Below are positions 25,701 to 38,149 of a stretch of 64,000 bases of DNA, piece after piece. Numbering within the stretch: the first letter of the stretch is position 1; each line of letters begins with the position of its first letter. The notes below the pieces were generated by a model. The model did not search any database. It was not told the DNA's origin and was given only the letters and a program-made list of their open reading frames with translations. The stretch spans positions 89,344,001-89,408,000 of the forward strand of contig NC_086108.1 of the NCBI RefSeq assembly GCF_963921235.1, written 5' to 3'. A program made the position numbers and the translations under genes. The stretch comes from Mobula hypostoma. Lineage: Eukaryota.

Positions 25701-26384
25701 GAACCACCAAACAAGCAAGGGCTGCCCACAGGTGTCGCCATGCTTCCAGAGCCAAATTTGTACGCCCACAGCCTTTACTGATCCTAACCATACATCTGTG
25801 GAATGTGAGAGAAAATGGACCATGTGGAGGAAACCCACACGGTCGGGGGAAAATGCACAAATTCCTTACAGACAGTGGTAGGAATTAAATCCCAATCAAT
25901 GATTGTAAAGCCACTGCAATATTTATTGATATGATGTACAGTTTTCAAAATAGTGCAATATTTTTGGGCTTACTGCTTGCAACTCCCTAGAAGGGGACAC
26001 CAGCCGCTACACAGGGCTTTCATCAACCACAGCAAAAGGCATGAGAGATTGTGGATAGCCCCTCACATCTTCAGCTACCCACTGAATTGCTGCTTCTACT
26101 TATACTCGCTGCATGACAGTATGCAGTCCATGATCCTAAAAATGGGTCCATAGCAGAACCAATCTCAGTGTCAAGCAAAGCTACATCTTGGCCCCCAAAC
26201 CCGTTCTTAATCGTTCTTACCATGACGATGCTGCTCACTTCCTCCTTACTTCCCTGTGAGTAGAGCTGATCTTCTGAACAAATGAGAAACTATTCCATCT
26301 CCTCAAGGCTCAGGTCACCTACCAATCTGCTCTCTGACAAAAAGGTCCATGATAATACCTTGGACAATTCTCATACCTCATAAG

Positions 26385-26990
26385 CAACACATACAAAATA
26401 CTGGTGGAACTCAGTAAGTCAGGCAGCATCCATGTAAAGGAATAAACATTTGAGGTTTCGAGCCAAGACCCTTCATCAACATTGGAAAGGAAGGGGGCAG
26501 AAGCAATAATAAGAGCTGGGGGCAGGTGAAGAAAGAGTACAAACTGGCAGATGATACTGAGATTGGGTGAGGGGGTAGGTGGGTGAGTGGGGAAGGGGAA
26601 ACGAAGTAAGTAGCTGGGAGGGGATTTGCAAGACGAAGCAGGAATCTGATCGGGGAGGACATTGGACCTTGGAAGAAAACAAAGGAGGAGGGGAACCAGA
26701 GAGAGGTGATGGATAGGTGAGGAGAAGGGAGGGGTGAGTAAGTAACCAGTTCAGGAATGGAAAAAGAGAGAAGGAAGGAAGGGGAAAAATTATCTGAAGT
26801 TGTATGTTCATGCCATTAGGTTGGAGGTTACCCAGACTCCTACAACCAGAGATTGGTATTCTAACTCCTTCCTTTACAGTCCTGATGAAGGGTCTTGGCC
26901 TGAAACATCCATACTGCCTGACTTGCCAAGTTCCTCCAGCATTTTGTGTGTGTTGATCAAGATTCTAGCTTCTGAAGAATCTCTTATGTT
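26385..26990. mobile_element. Penelope-like pLTR pieces in inverted arrangement (minus 26385-26835, plus 26860-26990)
   Basis: Two oppositely oriented copies of the hammerhead and tgctgcctgac...gttcctccagca module. Confidence 0.75.
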
Positions 26991-27179
26991 TACCATACCC
27001 CATAATGTTTTCCTTAGTGAAAGCAGACATCACTAATAAAATTGATGATCACCTTAAATGTGCTTCCATAGCCTTCAATCAGTTAGGGAGAAGTGTATTT
27101 GAAGGTGAAGACTCAGAACCTTTGACGCAAAACCTTTGATTCTGGAAATGAGCGGTTAACCTATGAGGTTACGATTAGG

Positions 27180-27810
27180 CCATAAGACCCTAAGACACAG
27201 GAGAAGAATTGGGCCATCATCCCAGCGAGTCTCCTCCACCATTCTATCATGGCTGATCCCAGATCCCACTCAACCCCGTACACCTGCCTTCTTGCCATAT
27301 CCTTTGATGCTCTGACCGATCGGGAAACTATCGACTGTCACGTTAAATTTACCCATGGACTTGGACTCCACCACAGTCAGTGGCAGAGCATTCCAAGGAA
27401 AGATTGAGTCACCTGGAACGATAGTCACTGGAATTCAGAAGAATGAGAAGACATCTAATAATAACATAAAATTATGAAAGGGATAGATAAGATAGAGGCA
27501 GGAAAGTTTTTTCCACTGGTAGGTGAGACTAGAGCTAGGGACCTAGCCCCAAGATTTAGGGGAGTAAATCTAGGACAGAGATAAGGAAAAACCTTTTCAT
27601 AGAGAGTAGTGAAACTGTGGAATTCTCTGCCTAAGGAAGCAGTGGAGACTACTTCATTAAATCTATTTATGGCAAAGTTAGGTAGATTTCTGTACAGCAG
27701 GGGAATTATGGGTTATGGATTAAAGGCAGGTAGGAGGAGTTGAGTCCACGGTCAGATCAGATATGATCTAATTGGCCAGATGGCCTACTCCTGCTCCTCT
27801 TCTTGTATTC
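27180..27810. mobile_element. Two CR1 3' ends back to back (minus 27180-27395, plus 27400-27810)
   Basis: cataagaccctaagacacaggag tail on the left; gagtagtgaaactgtggaattctctgcc...ggcctactcctgctcct on the right. Confidence 0.75.
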
Positions 27811-29304
27811 TTGAAACCTACGGTCCACAGGGTAGCAGTGACACCTGTCCTCTTATTTTCTTCTGAGGCTTGTTCTAGCTGCAACAGACACCTCATGGTT
27901 GTTTCACTGGAATAATAAGTGAACCAGTATCAGTTTCTTCTCTGTATTAAGGCCCCAGTTACTTTTAGGTAGCTACATTTGGCAAGCTATGCTACTTGTA
28001 TAATGGACACCAGACTTTGAAATCTGTTGTGAGCTCTGCTGTGGGAGGAGATAGGTAAAGATTCAGGAATGTCCTCTGAAGTAATGGAACATCTCCATTC
28101 ATCCCTTATAACCTTTAACCCACAACTGCTCAAATTGGAAAAGAAGCATTCACAGTTGTATCGAGAACCTCAAGGACATGCATCACAGAAAAGTCTATGA
28201 CCCTATGAAAGACAATTTCCAGGTGACCCTCACATTCTGGGTCCCTAAATCATAAATGACCTTCAGCTAATTACTTTCTCAAGTTACTTCACACAAGAGT
28301 GGCAGAGTAGTAAACATTGCTGTCTCATAGCTTTAAGGACAAGGACAGTGGTGCTATCTAATAGGAGCATCCATCTTCTTTCTGTGTCTCCCTCGGTGCC
28401 TAATTTCCCCCATCATCTCAAAGAAAGCCAATAATTTTAACTATCCCTTATTGTAAAAAATAAAACTCAAAGTGGAGTTGATGGCACTTCAGAAAGTTAT
28501 AGGACTACAAGGACACGAGGAAAGGGAAATGGAAAGCAAATGCTAATTCTGTTGCTCCAACAGGGATTGAGTTAAAAATAAAACAGTGTATATTCATTTC
28601 ATTTCATTGTGTGGAACTAGGACCAGAGCACTACCTGCTATTGAATTGAAGTATGTTCACTGGAAAATCTACCTGTTGAGGGGTTTGATAGTATCCCTTC
28701 CCTGAAGCTGCAGGCATGAGTTACTTCTGTTCATCACGGCAGAGATACATTTATCTCAAAATCTTAGCTCTTCATGGTAATAGTAATCGTCTTATTTTGG
28801 AAATAACTGCATATTTTCTTGTGTGCAAAAATGGGCCAGATCTCTTTACACATGTAAATGCAAGAATTTGTAAATGAAAAGGATGTTAGAACTTCCAAAA
28901 CATTAAAACTGTGTGGGACTGTTGTGGATCCAGGATTCCCATTGATTGCCTAGCAAAATAAGGTTTGCAGCATCAGTTCAATACAGAATGGGACTGTTAA
29001 CTCCAGCAAGGGAGTCTCCTGGTTACATAGTAGATCCTTCTGATTTATTGTGAATGCAAGTGCACTGACATCAAAACAGAAATCCCACTTCTTATACTGC
29101 TAAATATCTTACAGGGAGCTTAGGGTGATAAGCATACAAGTTGCCACTGTGTGCCAAAATATCAGAAGCAAAATTGGACATTATTTAAATCAACCTGGCA
29201 CGTATGTTGTAGATGGTGAAGTGTTTGAAGCTTTTCCAACGACTTCAACACTGAGCATTTCTATTTAGAATTAAATGTGATCAGTCACATTAGGAGAACA
29301 GGAG

Positions 29305-29600
29305 CATAGTGATTAGCACAACACTTTACTGTATCAGTGACCCAGGTTCAATTCCCGTCGCTGCCTATTAGGAGTTTGTACATTCTCCCCATGACCACAT
29401 GGATTTCCTCCAGGCACTCTAGTTTCCTTCCACAGTCCAAAGATGTACTGTTTGGTAGGTTGATTGGTCATTGTAAATTGTCCCGTGATTAGGTTTGGTT
29501 TAAATTGGGGGATTACTGGGGGGCACAGCTCAATGGGCTAGAAGGGCCTAATCAGTGCTGTCTCTCGATAAATAAACAAACAAACAAACAAACAAACAAA
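29305..29600 (+). mobile_element. V-SINE/HE1-like tRNA-derived SINE with (AAAC)n tail
   Basis: A-box-like gcatagtgattagc, B box ggttcaattcc, core ggagtttgtacattctccccatgacc...ccacagtccaaaga and CR1-like tail gggctagaagggcct. Confidence 0.85.
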
Positions 29601-30589
29601 TATGGGTAGTTTTGCTTCTATCACCTACAAATAAAATTATTGCAGTAATCATTCTCTACCAACTGCACAAGCAATTCAAGGTACCATATATTTCAACCAG
29701 GCTGTAGAACGTCCTAAAAGGACTCCAAAGATGTCAAATCCATTACATATACAAAGCACTAGTAATTCCCAGAGAGAGTTACTGAAGTTCATACAGAAAT
29801 TATTGCACCCGATATACAATGGAAAATTTTGCATTTATGGAAAGTGTTAGGTGGATTCCACGTACAAAATTTATTGCATTTATAATTTATAACTGTAGGC
29901 AGAATAAGGAGAGATGGTCTTTTATACCAGGATACTTTCCTGTTACAATGAATTGAATATTAACGTACAATACTGAACACATCATTTACTGCTGGCATCA
30001 TTATATACCAGCACCACTATAGCTGGTTCAACCCTTTTGGAACAATGTTCTACAAACAAGATTTGGCTTTTTTTTTTGCCCTGTATCTGGTAGTAATCTA
30101 CAGTGCAATTGTAAGGAGGGAGGGAAGAAATTTATATCTGAATAGATGACAAAGACAAGCATGTTCTTCTAATTGGAATTAGATTACTATAATAAGTACC
30201 CTGCTCGATGCCTGTTAAATTCTTGTGTACAAATCCACACTCACTGACTCGTTCACTCACTGAGAACAAAAATAGCCACCAATTTGCTGGACCAACAACT
30301 CTCGTGATATTGATTTGGAGAAGGTATAACATTTTTGCTATTCTCCCTGCCATTGATGAAAAATTATGTTTGCATCTCAAGTGATCATAAATGGGTAGTG
30401 ATAAATGAATTACAAGATCAATAAGCATTATGTGTCCAAGTCTGTCTAATGATCCATCACCATAACCAATGAGATTCCAAAATATTGAGAGAACATTGCA
30501 AGTAACAGATACAAGTGTGTGAATATAACCAAATGAGCTATTGAAATTGAAATAAGGAGAAACAAAGTACATTAAGAGAGAGCAAATTA

Positions 30590-31100
30590 AAGATGCAAGA
30601 AACTCTGCAGATGCTCAAAGTCCAGAGTAATACACACAATTTACTGGAGGAACTCCACAGGTCAGGCAACATCTATGGAAAATAATAAACAATCGATGCT
30701 TTGGGCCAAGACCCTCATTGGGTCTCAATGAGGAGTTATGAAACAAAACATGGACTGTCCATTCCCTTTCATAGATGCTGCCTGACCTGCTGCGTTCCTC
30801 CACCATTTTGTATGCATTAACAGAGAGAATGAGGAAGAGAGAAACATGAAAAAGAGCATCCAAAGATGCATACAGAATATGCTGGTAACACTCAAGAGGT
30901 CAGGTAGTATCTGTGCAAAGGAAAGTCAAAGGGATGTAATGTTTAAATTCAAGGTCATTTTGGCAATGGTTTGGGATTTTTGATGGATGATCTTTGACCT
31001 GAAATATTACCTCTTTTTACTCTTTTCACAGATGCTGCCTGACCTTCTGAGTATTTTCAGCAGTTTCTGTTCTCATTTCAATTTCCAGTACTTTCATATA
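30590..31100. mobile_element. Two fold-back pairs of Penelope pLTR termini
   Basis: ggaggaactcc...ggtcaggcaacatcta is inverted against tagatgctgcctgacctgctgcgttcctcc. A second, more decayed pair lies at 30870-31085. Confidence 0.65.
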
Positions 31101-32125
31101 ATTTATTTCCATTCTGAAAGTTTTATTAAAATAACTAGGAACGAGTTTCTGTGGACACGAGTGACACTTCACAGTTTCAATGCTGAGTGGTCCAATGTCC
31201 GATGACATGTCAGGGCCATAAAACATACTTATTCAGTCCTATTACTGGGGTAAATCCAACAATTCCATGTCTGAACATGGAGATGGGAAGACAACATTTT
31301 ATTTGGCCTTAGTAAAACTAACCACATGAAGATCCAAAAACATCCGACAATTTATGATGAATTGGAGCTAAATTTCACCTCAAAATGTTAAGATTACACC
31401 TAATAATGGCTTACTTTATTAACTATTTTTGGAATTTTTGTATAGGATATGTACTTTCTATACATTAGAATAATTCGCCAATTCTAAAGCATCCCTGCCC
31501 ACGCGTCTTTTCACACCCTACAAGGCTTCAGGTTGGCTTCCAGCATCTTCTTAATTGCACGATTGCGAGAAATGGCGTTTTAAATATATATATACTATAT
31601 ATTACAGCAGGACATACGGGGTAAAATGATTATAAAAGCTACCCCGAAATGCTGCTATTTCAATTTAAGTAAATTATATAAAGGGGAATAGTTCGCTCTT
31701 GCAGCTTTTATTAATCAAGTCGTTCAGTGACCAGATCCCGCGCCCACATGCAAATGTTCCTATTTTTTCTTATGCATTAATCAAATCACTTAATGTTAAC
31801 AACTGGAAAGGGAGCGCTGGAAATATTGCACCAGATGTTATCTTCACTGGAGGCTCGGCCACTTTGGATCGATGCCTGTTTGATGAATAATTTCATTGCT
31901 GTCACTGCGGACGCGAGTTCCATGCACGATGGTCTGTGAAGTACCAATGGTCGTCTCCTGTTTTACTAACGGTGCAGGGGATGTTGGGACGAGGAAAGCT
32001 GAGAACATGTATCCCTGAAATGAGAGGCTGGGAATTTTACTACTTGTAAGTTCATAGTTTTGGCATCCATGAACCGTTAGGTCCAACGTTTCTTACCTGC
32101 GGCTGCCTAGCTATCGTCGACTTAC

Positions 32126-32203
32126 CTCTACGAAATAAAAGCAAGGCAACAGGGTAACGCTCTCCTTGGTCAGCTTGGCTTTCTGCCTTTCTTTAGAAGA
32201 CAT
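32126..32203 (-). CDS. PLPPR4: First coding exon of phospholipid phosphatase-related protein 4 (PLPPR4/LPPR4/PRG-1)
   Basis: Minus-strand translation MSSKERQKAKLTKESVTLLPCFYFVE matches human PLPPR4 MSAKERPKGKVIKDSVTLLPCFYFVE (recalled) better than PLPPR3. It ends in phase 0 at a GAG|GTAAGT donor (32125-32120), has G at -3 of the ATG, and lies in CpG-rich DNA. Too short to appear in the ORF track. Confidence 0.93.
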
Positions 32204-32494
32204 GTCCGGTCCTCAGATCGGTGCCACACGCCGCCGCCGATTAGTGCAATCGATTGGTCCGACTTGTCGATCTTCGCTCCGCAGGGCTGCTCGCTGCTTA
32301 CAATCCCCAGCGCCGTCCGTAGCTCGACAAACCTCGCTATTTCTCCGTAAACCAAGTGCCCGTATATTCAGGCTGTGCGGAAAGAGGCGCAAATAACAAC
32401 ACAATGCAATAAATTGTAGGTGGCCACACACAATCAAATGAGGCTTTCCGCACAACGCTACGTTTCTCCGGTTTGCCCCATTTCTGCCTAATAG

Positions 32495-32526
32495 GTGCGC
32501 GCGCGCGCGTGTGTGTGCGCGCGTGT
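32495..32526. repeat. Alternating purine-pyrimidine (CG)n/(TG)n tract
   Basis: gtgcgcgcgcgcgcgtgtgtgtgcgcgcgtgt, about 290 bp upstream of the PLPPR4 ATG. Confidence 0.9.
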
Positions 32527-35104
32527 TTCTCCCCTGCAGCGTTAATCTGCTCCAGTAATTTCAACGTGCATATTAAATCGCAGGTTTGGGCACACACACC
32601 ACCGACGCGTCACTAAACGGTTCCATAATAATTGCTTATTACCACCGTGACAGATTTTAAAGGCACGAAACATCGCATCACACAGACACCAATAGATATA
32701 AATGAGACAGGGCTGTATCGCCCGCCTTCTCAGTGCCAAAGAAATACAAATCTGCGGCTACAGTATCCCGAGACGCTTCACGCCAGCGTTCTCAAACAAG
32801 GTGTGAACATTTTCACTAGCCCTCTGCATTTTCGACATGGATTCAGGTAAAGGCATACGGCTTTAGCAAGCGAGCAACATAATCCTGCAAATAGTTCGCT
32901 CCCGCGTGTTATCCCTATACATATGCACTTCCAATGTTCTAACCTCCAAATGTTCAATCCTTTCCCAAAGCAACTTTGGAGTTGATGTGTGTCCCAATCA
33001 AAATTAAGTTTTCTGGTCTGCCGACGTAATTTTATCATACATTTATTGCCATCACATTTGTTAACACTCGCAGGCTCCGATTAAACGAGTAATTTTATTA
33101 TTTCAGTGAATAAGGGGAAATCATAGAAATGTTTTTTTTCTCTTGTTTGGCCTGTCCAGTCTGTACTAGATGTATGTAGGAGCCGCCTGTCTCCTGCCCT
33201 TAGCTCCGGGAGTTATTTCTATATAACATAACTAATGCCTATACAATGGCAAGGGATGTGAATTCATAGAACGTATTTGATGTTGGTTTGCATCCATTCT
33301 AACCACCCAGCAGAACACCATCCTTGATATTCCATTGGTGGCGAGTCGAACTGTTTAAATTCGAAACTCAATCGCTAACCCTTACCTGTTTGGACAAGCG
33401 CTTTAAAACATCCCTCACATCAGCAATGCGCTGCGTCTGTCTGAGGGTTCGATGCATTGAAGACAAAATAAACATTTATTGCTGATAAGGTATCAGAGAT
33501 AGTTATAGCCAGGAATGAGGACTCCCGGACGCTATGTTAATAGTGTATGACCATCCTTTTATAAGGTTTCTCCATTGAAACATTAAAGGATTGTTATTTT
33601 TTTTCACTGGCATGTCCAATGGATTCTTAACCAAACTGACCACAATTTAAGTCCAGTAAGCTTGTTCCTACTTTACACAAAGTAGGAACAAATTTACTGA
33701 AACTAATAATCCGCCCTGATCTGTGCATCTGGCAGGACAGTCGAACTTTGTTGCCCCGTTAACATTAACGAAAACAAAAGTACTTAATAAAATACAAGAA
33801 AATCAAATTGTATAGGAATCCATTGATAAAAATGACTTACATGTGCTAGAACAATGCAGAACATTCTTTACGTCTGTATATCATAAATCTTCATAGATTC
33901 GACTCTCAACTAGGATGAGTCGTGTAAGTATCGGGAGATTGTCTTTTTAAAGTCCCAATGTGCTTTGAAAACCACATGCCCCCCATTTTTCACGTGTCAG
34001 AGTCTGCAAATAGAACTTGTACTATTTTTTGAATCACTTCAGATATAAGGTTGTACGATTGGTTCTGGCTGGTGGGACCTGAAAGATTATTAAAGGTTAG
34101 TTTTCGTGAGTCTTCAACTTGCGCGTTGCTAATGCTCTTTCCAGAATGAAACGTAAGCGTATATATTTGATAACTAAATAACGTTTCCTCCAGTTTGGTC
34201 ATTAAACTATTCATAGCCACAGGGCAGTTCGAGGCATTGGATATCATAATTACAAGTAACAATATAAAATATAAAGCACTAGAAAGGTCTTGCGAAAAGC
34301 AAGTCAGCATTGGAAGGATGATCATAAAAATAACTCTTTTATCGTCGTTCTTTTCTGGCTAGTTCTGATTAGGTGAGCATTGTGAAGACTTTCAAGAATG
34401 CTTTTTTGACAGTACCGCGAAATCTGAAGTACCAGCATGCTCCACTCTCCTCCGGCAGGGTTAATGAGGTCCAGAAATATTTAATATTTTGTCTTGACGC
34501 CTTAGCGGGGAATATCATTTTCCCTTCTCAGTGTGAACCCCTACATAACTGAAGTAGACTAATTTGGCGTTTCTACAGTGATATTGTATATGAATCCTTC
34601 TGGCGGTGCACTTCACTGTGAAACAGAGATAAGACGTTGTAACGTCTTACATATTCGTGCTGATACTACTCACAGTACCAGCTGGTGTTTATGTCCCTTA
34701 ACTTCACACTCGCTGTATTTACTTCCGGCAATGCCAAACGAAGCTAATCGAAACTCCCAAGTACTGCATCTTCCATTAACGTTGCGTTCCACTTTCTAGG
34801 AGGGAAAGTTGCCTGCTATGTTTTGTTTTCCGAAAAAAAATATTTGCAGAGCACCTGACCTGATCTGTTGCTGTCGTGATCTATTTTTCGATACATTCGA
34901 AACGTTGCATCCAGGCAGCTTTAAAGCACTATTTCCGAATTTGCAACATGGTCCTTCTACATTTTCCATTCTACCACTTCTTAAATGCTAGTTCAGAAAC
35001 ACAAGAGATCCTGCAGATACTGGAAATCCAGTGTAATACATACAAAATGCTGGAGGAACTCAGCAGGTCAGGCAGCATCTCCAGCATATTGTGTTAATTC
35101 GAAT

Positions 35105-35485
35105 TCAAAATCAGATTTTATTTATCGCTGACATATGTTGTGAAAGTTGCAGCAGCAGTACGAAGTAATACATAAAATATTATTATAAGAAATATATAAA
35201 AATAAGTGACGCAAAAGAGCTAAATAGTGAGGAGTCTTCAGACTTTCATAACTCATTGAGAAATCTGACGGCGGAGGAGAGGAAGCTGTTTGTAAAGCAC
35301 TCAGCTTGTCTTCAGGCACCTGTATATACTCGCTAATGGTAGCAATGAAAAGAGGACATGTCCTGGGTGGTGGGTCCTTAACGATGGACGCTGCTTTCCT
35401 GAGGCATTGCCTTTTGGAGATGTCCTCGATGATGGGGAGGCAAGTTCCCATGCTGAAGCTGGCTGAGATTACAACCCTCTGCAGC
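35105..35485 (-). mobile_element. Rex1/Babar-like LINE 3' end
   Basis: LPIIEDISKRQCLRKAASIVKDP motif; the same family recurs at 44520-44900, 47640-48915 and 49610-50585. Confidence 0.8.
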
Positions 35486-38149
35486 TTTTTTTTTCAATCT
35501 CCTGTGTTGTCTTTGCCATTAGTTTCTTTATTCATCTTGTTATTAAGAATGCCCCAATTATTATCCATTGCTGATTGCTCTTGAGAAACATAGAAACGTA
35601 TAAATCTACAGCACATTACAGGCCCTTCGGCCCACAATGTTGTGCCGACCATGTAACCTACTCCAGAATCTGCCGAGAGTTGCCCTACTGGAAAGCCCGC
35701 TATTTTTTCTAAGCTCCATGCACCTATCTAAGAGTTTCTTAAAAGACCCTAGTGTATACCTAAAAGACTCTGTTGGTGATGGTGAGTTATCCTCTTGCAG
35801 AAGCCACTGAATACTTTTGGAACAGCTCCACCATCAGCTTTCTAAACGGAGAATGAATCAACCAATGAACACTACCTCACTATTTTTGTACTACTTATCA
35901 TACACATATGTAATTTACGGTATTTTTAAGTATTACTCCTTACTGCTGCTACAGATCAACAAATGTAATGGCATATGTCAGTGCTATTAAACTTGATTCT
36001 GTATTTCCATGGTGCTATTGGGTTAGGGAATTCCCTGATTTAAAGCCAGTGACAATGAGAGATCAGTAATATACCTCCAAGTCATTACTGGTAAAAATTA
36101 CACCATGAAGACAAAAGAATACTCCAAGCAACTCTGGCACAGAAGCTAAGCAATATTAGTTGGAAGTTTACTTACAACTGTTTGATCTTACAAGCGGCAG
36201 CTGTCATGTTTAGAAAGCTTGGCAAAAACATGAATCCCCCATGTCCCAGGAAGCAAATGTCCGTCATAGGGACTGCACAAGTTTCCACTGGGTGCTGTAT
36301 TTTCCTTTTATATGTATATAATGTATGTGTTGGTAGGATAATTGATAATTGTAAATGTCCTGTGGGGTGTGAGTGAGTGATGGAATCTAGAAAGGTTTGT
36401 TGGGAATCTGCGGACAATAAAAAATGGCATTAGAGTAAATATGTGCTCGATGGTCAGCTTGGACATGATGGACTGAATGATATGACTACAAATACTGATC
36501 TGTAAAAGAAGATTGGAGATTGAGTCTCATATGGTGAGCAATTTATTTCTCACATCCTAACACCTTTCCATCATCTACAAACCAAAAGTCAAAGCAAGAG
36601 GCAGATACATTCGGGACATTTAAGAAACTCTTCGGGAAGCATATGAATGATAGAAAAGTGGTGGGCTATGTAGAAGAGAAGAGTTAGATTGATCTTTGAG
36701 TAGGTTAAGAGGTCAGTTCAACATTGTGGGCTAAAGGGCCTCTAATGTACTGTCATGTTCTGTGTTCTAAGTCAGTGGTGCACCTATTCATTATGCTGAA
36801 TAGGTGAAATTTCAACAATTGCGAAGAATTTCAATGCCATGCAAGATAACCCAATGATTTTTACCTTATCCACCATCCTAAATATCCCTGCTACTAATAA
36901 TGCATCGTGGCTGTAGTATGCACCATTTACAAAATATACCACAGTGACTCCAACAGGCCACAATCTCTGCCACCAGGAAGAACAAGAGGCTAGACACAAA
37001 GGAACATCAGTCCCTGCAGTTTCTTGTCCAAATTGCACATCATTCTGACCCAAATTTAAACCTCATTACCTCAGGGATATTAAGTTTAAATCCTGAAACT
37101 CCCTTCCCAACAAGGGTTCTGGTAATTCATGAAAGAGGCCCACCACCTTCTCCTCAAGGATGAACAAAAGTAGGCTTTGGTGATGTTGTCTACATCCTGA
37201 AAAATGAATGTGAAAAAATAAAGATTCACTGGCTCTTTGTATTAGGTAATCTGAGGTGATCTAAACATTCCTGTTGGGCAACATGAAGAGTCCAATGGTG
37301 TAATTCATTTACTCCTAGTATGGTGCACAGTTGTGAAAACAGCTGAACTTCAGTCTAATTTGGGATCCCCAAATTCCATGTAAAGTAAATTAATACGTCT
37401 GAGAGGAATTTACAACTTATAAGAAGATTGGACCCATGGTATCCCACAGATGCTGGCACAAAGCATGAGGTTTCTCTGAAAGATGCAATTAATCAAAAAA
37501 ATGATGCAGTAACTAAGACACCTACTAGGCTCCATTTATGTGTACATCTACTAATATTGCTCTGGCACCTTGCAGGATTTCTGCTCCCCAATAGTATAGT
37601 TCTAGTTGCCACATTCACCACTTTCACTTGATTGATCTTGATCATTAACTTATTCTTAAGTGATTCTAAACAATTCACTTCCTTTTACTATCATTCTGAT
37701 ACTGTACACTTCAAAGCTGTACAAACAATAGAAAATATCCCATGATTCTTTAGTATATTGGTAGTATTACTGTAAGAATGCTCTGGATAGATACTGTGTT
37801 TTCTATCATGGTTGCTGATTGGTAAGTGTAAGTTAGCTGAAGTTCAAGTTTGCTTTCATCCAACTGTTTACTTGTATACTGCCAAATGAAACTATGTTCC
37901 ACTGGACCGCGGACTAAAGTAATTTAACTTTTCTTTGAATGCTTGGTCAAAGCATATGTTCAGGAATGTTCTATATAGAATGGCTACTGAATTTTTAATA
38001 TATTCTCCACAATGGAGTTTATTTCATATCTGTAAAAAACAAAAATGCAGTATGTTTGTACATACACATTCAATACAACAAATGATAAGTGCTTAACTTT
38101 AATGATAAATGTCGTAGTAAACAAATGAGGAATTTCCCCAAAACTTCTG

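Larger units (their letters stand above)
25950..28200 (+). mobile_element. Heavily decayed RTE LINE interrupted by Penelope (26385-26990) and CR1 (27180-27810) pieces
   Basis: LHDSMQ...NGS..EP..V...APNP RT-like remnants, plus a later block resembling the RTE 'EIQHRLKCA..AF' region of the 60490-63490 copy. Confidence 0.5.
31480..33060 (-). promoter_or_regulatory. CpG-rich promoter/5'UTR region of PLPPR4
   Basis: CpG is visibly much more frequent than in the flanks, peaking at about 32100-32620 around the ATG exon. CCAAT on the minus strand near 32253-32257, a TGACG half-site near 32606-32611, and no recognisable TE. TSS cannot be determined. Confidence 0.75.

Noticed and set aside
26221..26253. 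33-nt in-frame minus-strand micro-exon candidate (CAG|GSKEEVSSIVM|GTAAGA), phase-compatible with PLPPR4 exon 1
   Set aside because: It lies in a decayed RTE, has a weak polypyrimidine tract, has no similarity to PLPPR proteins and would interrupt the first hydrophobic segment
30132..30572. 146-aa minus-strand ORF in intron 1
   Set aside because: AT-rich, no recognisable domain and no convincing splice context
32308..32330. REST/RE1-like half site (cggacggcgct on the minus strand) in the promoter
   Set aside because: The left half (TTCAGCACC) is absent, so the match is too weak to call
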